Below are positions 35,607 through 45,449 of a DNA stretch of 64,000 nucleotides, one piece after another. The stretch's first letter is position 1, and the number at the start of each line of letters is the position of its first letter. The stretch comes from an uncultured Gammaproteobacteria bacterium (GTDB taxonomy: Bacteria > Patescibacteriota > Patescibacteriia > CAZGFX01), in NCBI GenBank assembly GCA_964524845.1, contig CAZGFX010000003.1:31051-95050 (forward strand). The letters run 5' to 3'. A program made the position numbers and the translations under genes. Under the pieces are notes generated by a model that saw nothing but the letters and a program-made list of their open reading frames with translations, was not told where the DNA came from and did no database searches.

Positions 35607-38270
35607 TTATTCCGCCATCTTCTCTGCGTCGCGAAGTGCGAGAGAGATAAGTTGAGATGTTCCATCCGTACCCATTGTAACTCCGTACAGAGAACTTGCC
35701 GCGTGCATCACAGCTCTATTATGTGTAATACAAATAAATTGTGTGTTTGAAACTAGGTGCTGAAGAATATCAGAAAAACGATCTGAATTCGCCTCATCGA
35801 GCGCCGCATCAACCTCATCAAGTATAACAAATGGCGGTGGATTTGTGGCTATAATAGCACAAATAAGCGCGATAGAAGTCATCGTCTTCTCACCCCCTGA
35901 AAGAACTGATATGTTCATGATCTTTTTTCCAGGAGGCGTCGCCACAATCTCGATGCCCATACGAGAAAGCTTCGATTCTTTTTCAACTAAAGACTTTTTC
36001 TCTTCTGTTTGCTCCTCATCTCCCGTTGATGCGGCGCTCTCAGCCTCCTCGCCAACAACAATTTCTTCTTCTTTCTTTTCCTCAATTTCAACAAGTTTCA
36101 AATGAGCCTTTCCACCATTAAATAACTGTCGGAAATAAAGAGAAAAACTTTCATTAATACGTTTGAAGTTTTCATTAAACTTTTTCTCAATTATAACATC
36201 AAGCTCGCGAACAATGGCCTCAAGGTGTCCGAGAGATGTATTAAGATCTTCTGACTGTGTTTTCAAAAACGTATAACGCTCGGATACTTCTGTGAATTCT
36301 TTCGTAACTTCGGTATCAATACCACCAATATGTTGCAAACGCGCCTTTGTTTTTTGTATTTGATGTTTTAGCTCATCAACAGAAAGATGTGTTTCTTTCA
36401 TTTCAATATTAAAAGAATCCATTTCTTCTGGTAAACACATCTCTTGCTTTATTTCTCTGAGAAGATCTTCTTTGCGTTGTTCAAGTCTGGCTACCTCTAT
36501 TTTTATTTCGTTTGTATTAGATACGGCTTTATTAAATTCATTGGTAAGATTCTTCAAGTCTTCTTGGAGGGTAAATATTTTTTCTCTTTTTCTGTCTTCT
36601 TCTGCATTAAGCTCATCAATTTCCTTACGTTTTGACAACAATTGAATATCAATCTCCTCTATTTGTTTAGTGATATGATCACGATCACGTTGAAGCCCAG
36701 CAATAGCTTCGGTCTGATTCTCCGGTGTAATTTGGGATGCTTTAAGCTCCATTTCTGAACGCTCGAGTGCGCTTCTAGCTTCTGCGAGTCCCGTTTCAGA
36801 CTCAGAAAATTTATTTTGCAAAACCTCAACAGCAACACGTGCATCTGCAAATTTCACATTAAGCGAATCCTTTTCGTGATTTAATTTTTCAAAAACCCCA
36901 TTGAGTTCCGCCCTCTTATCTTCGTGCGATGTATCTGCATCAAGCATCTTATAAATCGTCTCGACCGAATCCAATATTAGACGTGCATCGTCTCTCAACA
37001 CAAAAAACTCATCTAGTGTCTCCGCTGATTCTATTCGAGACACAAAAGAAAATTGTAACTCTTTCACCTTTGCTGCGCTCTCTTTGATTTTCGGAAGTGT
37101 TACAATATTAGAAACAGCGCTTTCTGCGATTGAAATATGATGTTTTACCTCTGAAATTTGCGCATATATTTGATCCTTCATTTCTGTTAGTTCAGAAAGA
37201 TGGTTTTCCGCTTCTTTAAGTCGCGAGATAAAAGAAGAGTGTTCAAATTCTTTCGTACGAACACTTTCTTTCAAATCTTGTATTCTACGTTCAAGCCACC
37301 CGAGATCAGAAGCACCTTTCTGAACGTATTCGCTTTCGAGTTTTACCTGAATAATATTAAGGCTCTGTGCAAGTTGTGTACGAGATGTTTGAAGTCGTTG
37401 ATACTCGTTTTGAATTGTATCGAAAATATCTGATCTTTTTTTCTCTAAAGAAAATTCTTTTAAATGAGACTCTATTGTTTCAATGTCTTTTTTTATCAAT
37501 TCTTGCTCGTTTTGAGCTTTTATTGAAGCTTCAAAATTTTCAGTAAGTTGTTCACTAACGCCATTCCAAAGTATTGAATAATATGTTGTTTGAAGATCTA
37601 TTAATGTTTTTTCAATCATCTCTCTTTCCTCCAAACGCTTCACTTGTCTCGAAAGCATTTTCATACGAGGTTCAAGTTCAGCAAGCGTCAATGAAATTTG
37701 TTCAAGATTGTCACGAGTCAAACCAAGTTTACCTACGGTCTTGTCGCGTTTGATTTGATATTCTCGCACACCTGTCGCCTCATCAAAAAACACTCGTCTG
37801 TCATAAGAACTTGATTTCAAAACTCCATCAATCATTCCTTGTCCTACAATTCCATACGACTTTTGTCCCACGTTTGCACGAGCAAGTAGCAATATAACAT
37901 CGATGAGACGCACTTTTGAATTATTAATATAATATTCTCCTTCTCCTCCGCGAAACACACGACGAGTTAGAACAATCTCGCTGTATTCCATATCCTGTAA
38001 AGATCTGTCTTCGTTGTTTAAATACAATGACACCTCCGCCATATTAAGACGACCTTTTGATTCTGATCCAGCAAAAATAACGTCGTCTCCCTTTTTCGAA
38101 CGCAAAAGCTGCATACTCTGTTCTCCGAGCACCCAACGCATCGCATCAGCAATATTAGACTTACCGGATCCGTTTGGTCCAACCACTGCTGTAATATCTT
38201 TTTTGAACGTAAGAACGGTCTTTTTCGCGAAAGACTTAAATCCTTGAATTTCTATTTTTTGTAGATACAT
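35607..38270 (-). CDS. smc: SMC-family chromosome segregation ATPase (short form)
   Basis: GPNGSGKSN, LSGGEK, LDEVDAALD, coiled coils. Confidence 0.93.
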   Translation of the reverse strand: MYLQKIEIQGFKSFAKKTVLTFKKDITAVVGPNGSGKSNIADAMRWVLGEQSMQLLRSKKGDDVIFAGSESKGRLNMAEVSLYLNNEDRSLQDMEYSEIVLTRRVFRGGEGEYYINNSKVRLIDVILLLARANVGQKSYGIVGQGMIDGVLKSSSYDRRVFFDEATGVREYQIKRDKTVGKLGLTRDNLEQISLTLAELEPRMKMLSRQVKRLEEREMIEKTLIDLQTTYYSILWNGVSEQLTENFEASIKAQNEQELIKKDIETIESHLKEFSLEKKRSDIFDTIQNEYQRLQTSRTQLAQSLNIIQVKLESEYVQKGASDLGWLERRIQDLKESVRTKEFEHSSFISRLKEAENHLSELTEMKDQIYAQISEVKHHISIAESAVSNIVTLPKIKESAAKVKELQFSFVSRIESAETLDEFFVLRDDARLILDSVETIYKMLDADTSHEDKRAELNGVFEKLNHEKDSLNVKFADARVAVEVLQNKFSESETGLAEARSALERSEMELKASQITPENQTEAIAGLQRDRDHITKQIEEIDIQLLSKRKEIDELNAEEDRKREKIFTLQEDLKNLTNEFNKAVSNTNEIKIEVARLEQRKEDLLREIKQEMCLPEEMDSFNIEMKETHLSVDELKHQIQKTKARLQHIGGIDTEVTKEFTEVSERYTFLKTQSEDLNTSLGHLEAIVRELDVIIEKKFNENFKRINESFSLYFRQLFNGGKAHLKLVEIEEKKEEEIVVGEEAESAASTGDEEQTEEKKSLVEKESKLSRMGIEIVATPPGKKIMNISVLSGGEKTMTSIALICAIIATNPPPFVILDEVDAALDEANSDRFSDILQHLVSNTQFICITHNRAVMHAASSLYGVTMGTDGTSQLISLALRDAEKMAE

Positions 38271-38384
38271 TAGCCAAAAATTACAACACCGATACTTTAA
38301 CACGTATTTTGTTAAATTTCTATACCAACGTGGGGATTGTTATTAATAAACAAAAAAGAGATTTAACAAAAACCTCTTTTTTGC

Positions 38385-38535
38385 ACACTCGCTTCGCTCA
38401 ACCCCCGCAAAGCGGGATCCCGTCTTGCGGGAATTGTCACCTCGAACAAAGTAGCCTGTCCCGACGAATGTCGGGAAGAAGTCTTCTTGCTCCATGACTT
38501 TTGACTTTTGACACATTCGCTTCGCTCAGTGCAAG
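38385..38535 (+). repeat. nested palindromic repeat family B
   Basis: CCGCAAAGCGGGATCC..TTGCGGGAATTGTCACCTCGA shared with ~59990-60065; CCTGTCCCGAC..GTCGGGA shared with 41130-41155 (reverse). Confidence 0.75.
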
Positions 38536-38556
38536 CTTTTGATTTTTAATTTTGTC

Positions 38557-39249
38557 TTATAACCACCCTTTCTTAACAAGTCCTTTGCGAGCGGCTTCGA
38601 CTTGTGCGTCTTGCTTGCTCGATCCCTCTCCTTCGGCAAGTAGTTCATCGGCTAAATATATTCCTACAATAAAATGTTTTTTGTGATCTGGACCTGTTTC
38701 AGAAAGCACCTTATAAGAAGGTGTTACACCAATTTTGTCTTGTGCCGCCTCTTGAAATAAACTTTTTGGATCAAGATACGATTTTTCTTCAAGAATATTC
38801 GAGAGATGTACAAGTATATGCATTTTTATGAATTCCTGACACGGACGATATCCCTGGTCGAGATACAATCCACCTATAATCGCTTCCATCGCATCAGCCA
38901 TAATATATTGACGAGCTTTTGAATTTGAATCCTTGGCCTCGCCTTTACTGAGATACAGATGTGGTTCCACATCTAGTTTTGTCGCAACCTCCGCGAGCAT
39001 GTTTGCATTAACAAGTGCGGCTCTCCAGTTTGTAAGTTCTCCTTCCGAATTCGGATAATTATGATAAAGATATTCGGTAATAACGAGTTCGAGTACGGCA
39101 TCACCTAAAAATTCGAGACGCTCATTGTGGTTGAGTTCGAATCCTGGGTGCTCATTAATATATGAGCGATGCACAAGTGCTTGGCGCAATAAATCTTTGT
39201 TTTTGAAAACAACTTTTAAGTTATTCTCTAGTAATATAATATCTTGCAT
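38557..39249 (-). CDS. rnc: ribonuclease III
   Basis: NERLEFLGDAVL signature plus dsRBD. Confidence 0.98.
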   Translation of the reverse strand: MQDIILLENNLKVVFKNKDLLRQALVHRSYINEHPGFELNHNERLEFLGDAVLELVITEYLYHNYPNSEGELTNWRAALVNANMLAEVATKLDVEPHLYLSKGEAKDSNSKARQYIMADAMEAIIGGLYLDQGYRPCQEFIKMHILVHLSNILEEKSYLDPKSLFQEAAQDKIGVTPSYKVLSETGPDHKKHFIVGIYLADELLAEGEGSSKQDAQVEAARKGLVKKGWL

Positions 39250-39262
39250 ACATGTGGTTGCA

Positions 39263-40198
39263 TTAATGTTTTCTACTGATCTTTTCTTCTTTTTGTTTCG
39301 CATTTTCATCCGCAGGGTGTGTTTCTACTTTGAACCCAAGTCTTCTTAGACCATCGCGAAAAATATCTTTTGTATTTTCATATCCCAAAAGTCCAAGTGC
39401 CGCACCGGCATCAAACCAACGCGCATCCTGTAATTCTGGCTCTTTTGGAATTGTGAGTTTTACATCTGTTGCCTCAATGAGATAATAATGGACTGTTTTT
39501 GGTATTGGGGCTTTGTTCGGTTCATTAACAATAATCGAAATTGTTCCCAATTTTTCACGTACAACGAGGTTTTTCAAACCAACCTCTTCACCTATTTCGC
39601 GTTGAGCCGCATCTTCCAAGTCTTCGCCCTCGTTCATTTTTCCCTTCGGAAACGTCCATCGTCCTATCGCGTCTTTAATGAGCACAAATTTATATCCATC
39701 TGAATCTTTGTGATAAACCATTCCTCCTGCAGAAATCTGTCTCTCTCCTCCGTCCGAAAGTATTTTACGTATTTCGATTCCACCTTTTGTTTCTATATTT
39801 TTCAAAAGAGATCCCAAAACACCGTTCACAAATTTACTCGATGAAGGTGAACCAAATGTTTTCGCTAGTTCGATCGCTTCATTAATCGCAACTTTTGGTG
39901 GAATATCGTGAACATAGCGCAACTCATATACACCAATACGAAGTACGTTTCGATCTACGTTTGATATATGATCGATTGGCCACGCCGGTGCATACTGTGC
40001 AATTAAAGAATCAATTTCTACACGGTGCTCCAAAACTCCTTTGAGAAGGTTTTTAATAAATCCATTATCCCGATATCCGACCGCAAATTCACGAACATTG
40101 CGATCAAGAAGTATCTGGGCATCTACTTCAAAATTATTAAAATCACACTCAAACAAAGTTTGAAGAACCAAAGAACGAGCAAGGTGCCTATTTGACAT
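39263..40198 (-). CDS. nusB: NusB-Nudix hydrolase fusion
   Basis: NusB (VAINEAIELAKTFG..SSKFVNGVL) followed by full Nudix box GKMNEGEDLEDAAQREIGEEVGL. Confidence 0.92.
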   Translation of the reverse strand: MSNRHLARSLVLQTLFECDFNNFEVDAQILLDRNVREFAVGYRDNGFIKNLLKGVLEHRVEIDSLIAQYAPAWPIDHISNVDRNVLRIGVYELRYVHDIPPKVAINEAIELAKTFGSPSSSKFVNGVLGSLLKNIETKGGIEIRKILSDGGERQISAGGMVYHKDSDGYKFVLIKDAIGRWTFPKGKMNEGEDLEDAAQREIGEEVGLKNLVVREKLGTISIIVNEPNKAPIPKTVHYYLIEATDVKLTIPKEPELQDARWFDAGAALGLLGYENTKDIFRDGLRRLGFKVETHPADENAKQKEEKISRKH

Positions 40199-40293
40199 AT
40201 GTGCAAAGAATGAACAATTATTTAATTTTAAAGCTTTTAAAAAGCATTAATGAACAAACAGAAAATAATCGTACAAAAATATGAACGATTTAT

Positions 40294-40491
40294 TTACTTG
40301 TTGGTATTGAGATTCGCTTTGACGTTTACCTTAACGTCTTTTTTGTAGTATCCGCACGCAGAACACGCATGATGAGGTAGTGTTGATGTTCCGCATTGCG
40401 AACATATGTTAACGGAAACAGTTTCAAGCGCATGATGACCTCGACGAGCTCGAGTTCTTCGTTTTGAATATCGTTTTGACGGAAGACCCAT
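40294..40491 (-). CDS. rpmF: 50S ribosomal protein L32
   Basis: PSKRYSKRR..RR.H, CxxC...HHACxxCGYY. Confidence 0.95.
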   Translation of the reverse strand: MGLPSKRYSKRRTRARRGHHALETVSVNICSQCGTSTLPHHACSACGYYKKDVKVNVKANLNTNK

Positions 40492-40807
40492 ATACTAAGA
40501 TCATTACTGATTAATCTGATGCTATGTGTATATTTTTATATAAAAACACACATCTGCACCGCAACTATATACGTTATTTCGGTCTTTGTAAAGCCTAAAA
40601 AACGCCAAAGTGTTTGAAAAAATATGTTTTTTTATAAAATCATATTAAAAGTGCATAAACTATGGACAAAGTGTGGATAATATGTGATTATAATTAAATT
40701 AAAATAAACAGTTATTTGGCTAAGGTAAGACGATAAATCGTATTTTTCTTATTTTTAACATCTTCTTTGAAATTGACATTTTCTTTTTATGATGCTAACA
40801 TAAACAT

Positions 40808-41074
40808 GCTCGTTAAAAAGGAATTCTGATACGTGCTTTTATATGTGTGTTGACGACAAGCATGGAAGTTTTTCTCTAAGTACATCCGGCTCAGGCTTGA
40901 TGTCGCTAGAGAAAAGTTTTCTTCAACACACATATGAGTGCGTGTTTCATAAGTAAAGCAGCTTAGGAAGTGTGTTGACGACAAGCATGGAAGTTTTTCT
41001 CTAAGTACATCCGGCTCAGGCTTGATGTCGCTAGAGAAAAGTTTTCTTCAACACACCTCCCAGGCTGTTTTTTT
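40808..41074 (+). ncRNA. putative structured ncRNA with two identical 87-nt hairpins
   Basis: TTGACA-N17-TAACAT promoter 40773-40801; repeats 40845-40931 and 40970-41056; final stem followed by T run. Confidence 0.45.
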
Positions 41075-41088
41075 GTTTTACAATAAAT

Positions 41089-41805
41089 TGAAGCGAGCCG
41101 AAGTGCTCGCATCAAATTGGATGAGACATCTTCCTGACATCCGTCAGGACAGGCGCTTTCGTGCTCGATGTGACAAGCTCCATAAAGCGATAGCGTGCGG
41201 GGTATGTAGAGATATTTTTGGATGAAAAGGATAAGCGACTTGTTCGAGAGAACATAAAAATATAAATCATGAAGCGAGCCGAAGTGCTCGCATCAAATTG
41301 GATGAGACATTTTCCTGACATCCGTCAGGACAGGCGCTTTCGTGCTCGATGCGACAATGTTGGTCGAGGTGACAAGTTCCGCAAAGCGATAGCGTGCGGG
41401 GTGTTAATATTGTCATGCTGAACCTTTAGTCCTGAGTTCATCTCAGGATCTGCGCCCTTTCAGCATCTACCGTGTAATTTTTAACTACATTGTCATGCTG
41501 AACCTTTAGTCCTGAGTTCATCTCAGGATCTGCGCCCTTTCAGCATCTGCTGTGTGACTTTTGATAATATGAGTAGATCCTGAAACAGGTACATAGATCC
41601 TGAAAGGAATACATAGATCCTGAAATAAATTCAGGATGACAAGGTCAGTTCAGAATGACACAGGCACATTGTATCAAGGAAGATTCTGAAACGAGTTCAG
41701 AATGACACAGGCACATTGTATCAAGGAAGATTCTGAAACAGATATATAGATCCTGAAAGGAATACACAGATCCTGAAATAAATTCAGGATGACATTGTTC
41801 AGGAT
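41089..41805. repeat. large cluster of REP-like repeats (two ~115-130 bp family B copies, then family A units)
   Basis: 41089-41203 similar to 41270-41402; tandem TGTCATGCTGAACC units; AGATCCTGAAA..TTCAGGATGAC units. Confidence 0.85.
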
Positions 41806-41816
41806 GGTGGTGCAAA

Positions 41817-43703
41817 TTACTGTGACAAAGCACCCGAAGAATCATTGGTATTTGATAACCCTGGGTTGTTGTTCTCTCCATTTTCATCAACAGATATCAC
41901 ATCTGTAGAAACAGTTGGTGCATTTGGATCTTTTCCTCTCATGCATATCGCGGGCCATGCTTTATAATTACTGAAAAAGGTTTCTTTTTCTTCGTGTCCA
42001 TCAGAATATTTTACAACATAATCAAAAGATGCCTTGACTCCTTTATGAGCCCTCTCTGTACACTTCTCTTCTCCAAATTTTAACTCATCTGTTTCCACAT
42101 ATTGAACTGGGCCTGGGTCAGTCCACCCCCATACAGACGGTGTTGTTCTATATGCTGTTCGCCCATCTTTTGTTCCCCAAAAATCAAAAAATACATTTGT
42201 TCCCTCAACACGTCCACTTATTAATATATAATTACCTGTATCATTTAAAAATCTTAAATCTGGTTTCGGATAATATATTGTGGCATCAACCCCCGGAAGC
42301 CCATCTTCGAGATAATAAGTAACATTATACGAGTGGTTTCTTCGCTCAAGAATTTTGAGTCCTGATGAAAGCGCGGCTCGAAAAACAGTTGTTCCAATCT
42401 GACATAGTCCACCACCATATTCTTTCTGTGTTTTATTTCCTTTTATAACCAACTCTGGTAAATATCCTTGTTCCGCAGTCGTACTACCAAGAAGCGCTAT
42501 AAGAGAAAACTCCTCGTTCGGAGCAAGAAGTGTTCCATCAACCGTATGAACACCTATTTTTATATTATGAATACGATTTGCTGGTGATCCTGCAAAATTT
42601 GATTCACCAGTTCCAACAACCTCTGTAATACCTAATGTATTAACATCTTTGGTGTGTATTTTTGGCAAAGCCTCTTTCACAATAAGTGAAACTGAATTTG
42701 TACGAGTATTAAACAAGGACTCTGTGATCGACTCAACTAAGTTGTCCATATCAATTTCTCGTCCGTTTCTTGAAGGAATAAACTCCTTAACCTTATTATC
42801 TTTTATTTCAAGTTTGGCATCCTGTGGAGCACGCTCAATTACAGAACGCATTTCTTTAATAGATTCGTATAACTTTTCTTTCGATATGTTTAGAGCCGGT
42901 TTTTTTGTTTCTTCATTAAAAGACAGAACTATCCATTTGATATATTCTTTATAAAAGAACTTCCATTTTTGCTTCTCATATATTAAAGAAATTGCTGGGA
43001 GTACTGATTTTAGTTCATCAAAAACAGTTAGAAGCGGGGACGCATCGCTTTCAGAAAAACGAGGATCAGTATTTTTTTTGATCAAGTTGATCGGTGTTAT
43101 TGAAAAAGAAGAAACCATTGAACGAGTGTCTATTAAAGCCGCGTCCAGATCAAACTCGATTCCTTTTTGAGCCCGTGTTATTTCATATGAACCGTCTTCG
43201 TGCCACAAGAGTTCAGGCTCTGTTCCTTTTTGAACAAGTGTTTCGAGACTTTCTTCCATTGTCATGCGCCACAAACTATCATTAATTGAATATATAAAAT
43301 TTGTTTTAATCGGAAAAATCATATGATTTAGACGTTCCCACATGGTGCCTGTTCTACCTGTTTCATATGCAAGAAGAACTGTTTTTTGAATATCAACATC
43401 AACAATTTCCTGAGCAAGCGCTGGATCGTCTGTTAATATTCTTGATGGAATGTTTATAGGAGAATGCCCGTCAATTAAATATGTAAATCCTTTTGCAAGT
43501 GCTTCTTCTGTTTTTTCAGTCAAAAGTCTTTCCGCAGTCTCACTGCTCAAGCCACCAACGGCATATCCATCGACCGAAACATTTGGAAATATACGTCCTT
43601 CATACTGATATATATATAGGAAAACAACTAGAGATACAACAACAAGACACCCACACATTATAATGAGAGCATCGATAAAATATCTGACAAGTCGTTGAAT
43701 CAT
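41817..43703 (-). CDS. VanW family protein with peptidoglycan-binding domains
   Basis: NRIHNI, GGGLCQIGTT, ERRNHS, GVDATIY, DLRFLND. Confidence 0.9.
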   Translation of the reverse strand: MIQRLVRYFIDALIIMCGCLVVVSLVVFLYIYQYEGRIFPNVSVDGYAVGGLSSETAERLLTEKTEEALAKGFTYLIDGHSPINIPSRILTDDPALAQEIVDVDIQKTVLLAYETGRTGTMWERLNHMIFPIKTNFIYSINDSLWRMTMEESLETLVQKGTEPELLWHEDGSYEITRAQKGIEFDLDAALIDTRSMVSSFSITPINLIKKNTDPRFSESDASPLLTVFDELKSVLPAISLIYEKQKWKFFYKEYIKWIVLSFNEETKKPALNISKEKLYESIKEMRSVIERAPQDAKLEIKDNKVKEFIPSRNGREIDMDNLVESITESLFNTRTNSVSLIVKEALPKIHTKDVNTLGITEVVGTGESNFAGSPANRIHNIKIGVHTVDGTLLAPNEEFSLIALLGSTTAEQGYLPELVIKGNKTQKEYGGGLCQIGTTVFRAALSSGLKILERRNHSYNVTYYLEDGLPGVDATIYYPKPDLRFLNDTGNYILISGRVEGTNVFFDFWGTKDGRTAYRTTPSVWGWTDPGPVQYVETDELKFGEEKCTERAHKGVKASFDYVVKYSDGHEEKETFFSNYKAWPAICMRGKDPNAPTVSTDVISVDENGENNNPGLSNTNDSSGALSQ

Positions 43704-43894
43704 TGGTTTCCAAGAAGTGTGTTTAGAATGGCTTTTGAGAGATCTTCTGTCGTGGCGCCAATGTGTATAATAATTTCATCTCCTTCTTTAATTTGTTCCT
43801 TGAACAAAGATCTATCAATTTTAAGACTCTGACCATCAATAAATTCAATAATCACAGCGTGTTCGTCTATTTTACTAATACGGGCACGAAGCAT
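43700..43894 (-). CDS. small DUF3006-like protein
   Basis: 64 aa, coupled between hsp20 and vanW. Confidence 0.6.
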   Translation of the reverse strand: MLRARISKIDEHAVIIEFIDGQSLKIDRSLFKEQIKEGDEIIIHIGATTEDLSKAILNTLLGNQ

Positions 43895-43896
43895 AT

Positions 43897-44361
43897 TTAT
43901 TCTTCATCATTATCCACTCTAACGTTTACGGAGTGTGTTTTATTAATTTTTGGAATTTTGAGTGTTAGTATTCCATTTTTAAGCGTTGCTTCAGCTCTTG
44001 TTGAATCTAGATCAAATGGCAAAAGAATTGAACGAGAAAATGCTCCCCAATAACACTCTTGATACAAATAATTTTTATCTTTAACTGTATGATCAAGCGA
44101 GCGTTTACCACGAAGCGTTACCATATCTCCTTCTATTGCGATATCGAGATCCTCGGAAGTCACTCCGGCTATTGTTGATTTTATATAAACATATTGATCG
44201 TCATGATACACATCAACGGACAACTGGCCTTCATATTCGTCCTCAAAAGTATCAAGAAGATCTTTCTCAACATCCGGATAAGACACGGAAGAATTAAGCA
44301 TATCCTCTTCATCGGAATTGGTTGCTTTTTTGAATGAAAACAATTTTGTAAGTTTGGACAT
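43897..44361 (-). CDS. Hsp20/alpha-crystallin small heat shock protein
   Basis: ECYWGAFSRSILLP, ATLKNGILTLKIPK. Confidence 0.93.
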   Translation of the reverse strand: MSKLTKLFSFKKATNSDEEDMLNSSVSYPDVEKDLLDTFEDEYEGQLSVDVYHDDQYVYIKSTIAGVTSEDLDIAIEGDMVTLRGKRSLDHTVKDKNYLYQECYWGAFSRSILLPFDLDSTRAEATLKNGILTLKIPKINKTHSVNVRVDNDEE

Positions 44362-44544
44362 ATTTGTTTTTACAATATATCGGCACTATAGCGCATTTTT
44401 CGTCTAACCACAAGCAAAAATGTGAAGAATTATAATTAAAAGAACTTGCTCATTATACTGCTTTTTCATTCGTCTGCGGGTCACATCGCTCGCGAGCGAC
44501 GTGACGGGGCAAGGAACCCGCAAAATAAAATAACACCTTATTTC

Positions 44545-44620
44545 TGGTGCTGAGAGCGGGAGTTGAACCCGCGACACAAGGATTTTCAGTCCTTTGCTCT
44601 ACCAACTGAGCTATCTCAGC
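44545..44620 (-). tRNA. tRNA-Phe(GAA)
   Basis: cloverleaf, AAGGA-CTGAAAA-TCCTT, CCA. Confidence 0.95.
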
Positions 44621-44654
44621 AGGAAAGCACCAGAAATAAGGTGTTGAATAAAAA

Positions 44655-44729
44655 TGGTGACCCGTAGGGGAATCGAACCCCTGTTGCCAGGATGAAAACC
44701 TGGTGTCCTAACCCCTAGACGAACGGGCC
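44655..44729 (-). tRNA. tRNA-Glu(TTC)
   Basis: cloverleaf, CCAGG-TTTTCAT-CCTGG, CCA. Confidence 0.95.
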
Positions 44730-44911
44730 GCGCAAGTCTTCATTCAAGACAAAGCTTTCTTATAATAAGGTGTTTTTTGATTCGCGTCAATGTATAAAAA
44801 CAATAAAAACAGGTCTTTTTTATACTTGATAATTTTATACGAAAATGATAAAAATATATGACAAATATGTACGATCAAATTATTGAAATAACATAAATAA
44901 AGGAGTTTCTT

Positions 44912-45388
44912 ATGAAACAAGTGCCAGATAAACATAAAAAGACAATCAAACGAATTTTGTGGACCGCGTGTTTTATTGACGAAGACGATTTGGAAAAAAT
45001 TAAAAACCATAGTCCATCTGTTCGAAAATCCTGCAAAAAAATACTTGCCCCAATTATGGAGCTTGTAGAATTCATATTTAAAACAATGGACCACAATCTT
45101 CTTATGCCTGCCGTAGAAGAAAATTGTAGCGAGTACATAAACAAATTTCTATCTTCCGAAGATGAACAAAAACCAACCCCAGAAGATTTTGCAAACATTA
45201 TTACTGCGTGCGAACAAACAGGAATAAGATTGCAAAAAGCATGGGCTCGGTACACCGAAAAACAAACCATTGAATTCATTATAGACAATCTTCGTTTACT
45301 TGAAACAATCGAAAGAGACAAAATAGAAGAAGGCATGAAACAACAAAAATTATTCAAGGACATCGAAGATTTTATATCAGAAAAATAA
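44912..45388 (+). CDS. hypothetical protein
   Basis: AAGGAG SD; terminator ~45401-45432. Confidence 0.7.
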   Translation: MKQVPDKHKKTIKRILWTACFIDEDDLEKIKNHSPSVRKSCKKILAPIMELVEFIFKTMDHNLLMPAVEENCSEYINKFLSSEDEQKPTPEDFANIITACEQTGIRLQKAWARYTEKQTIEFIIDNLRLLETIERDKIEEGMKQQKLFKDIEDFISEK

Positions 45389-45449
45389 CGAACTTATTTT
45401 AAAAGCTTGGGAAACACCCCAAGCTTTTTTTATAAAAACACTTTAAATA

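Noticed and set aside
40845-41805. Possible CRISPR array
   Set aside because: Repeats are 70-130 bp, occur in only two or three copies, have no regular unique spacers, and no cas genes are present.
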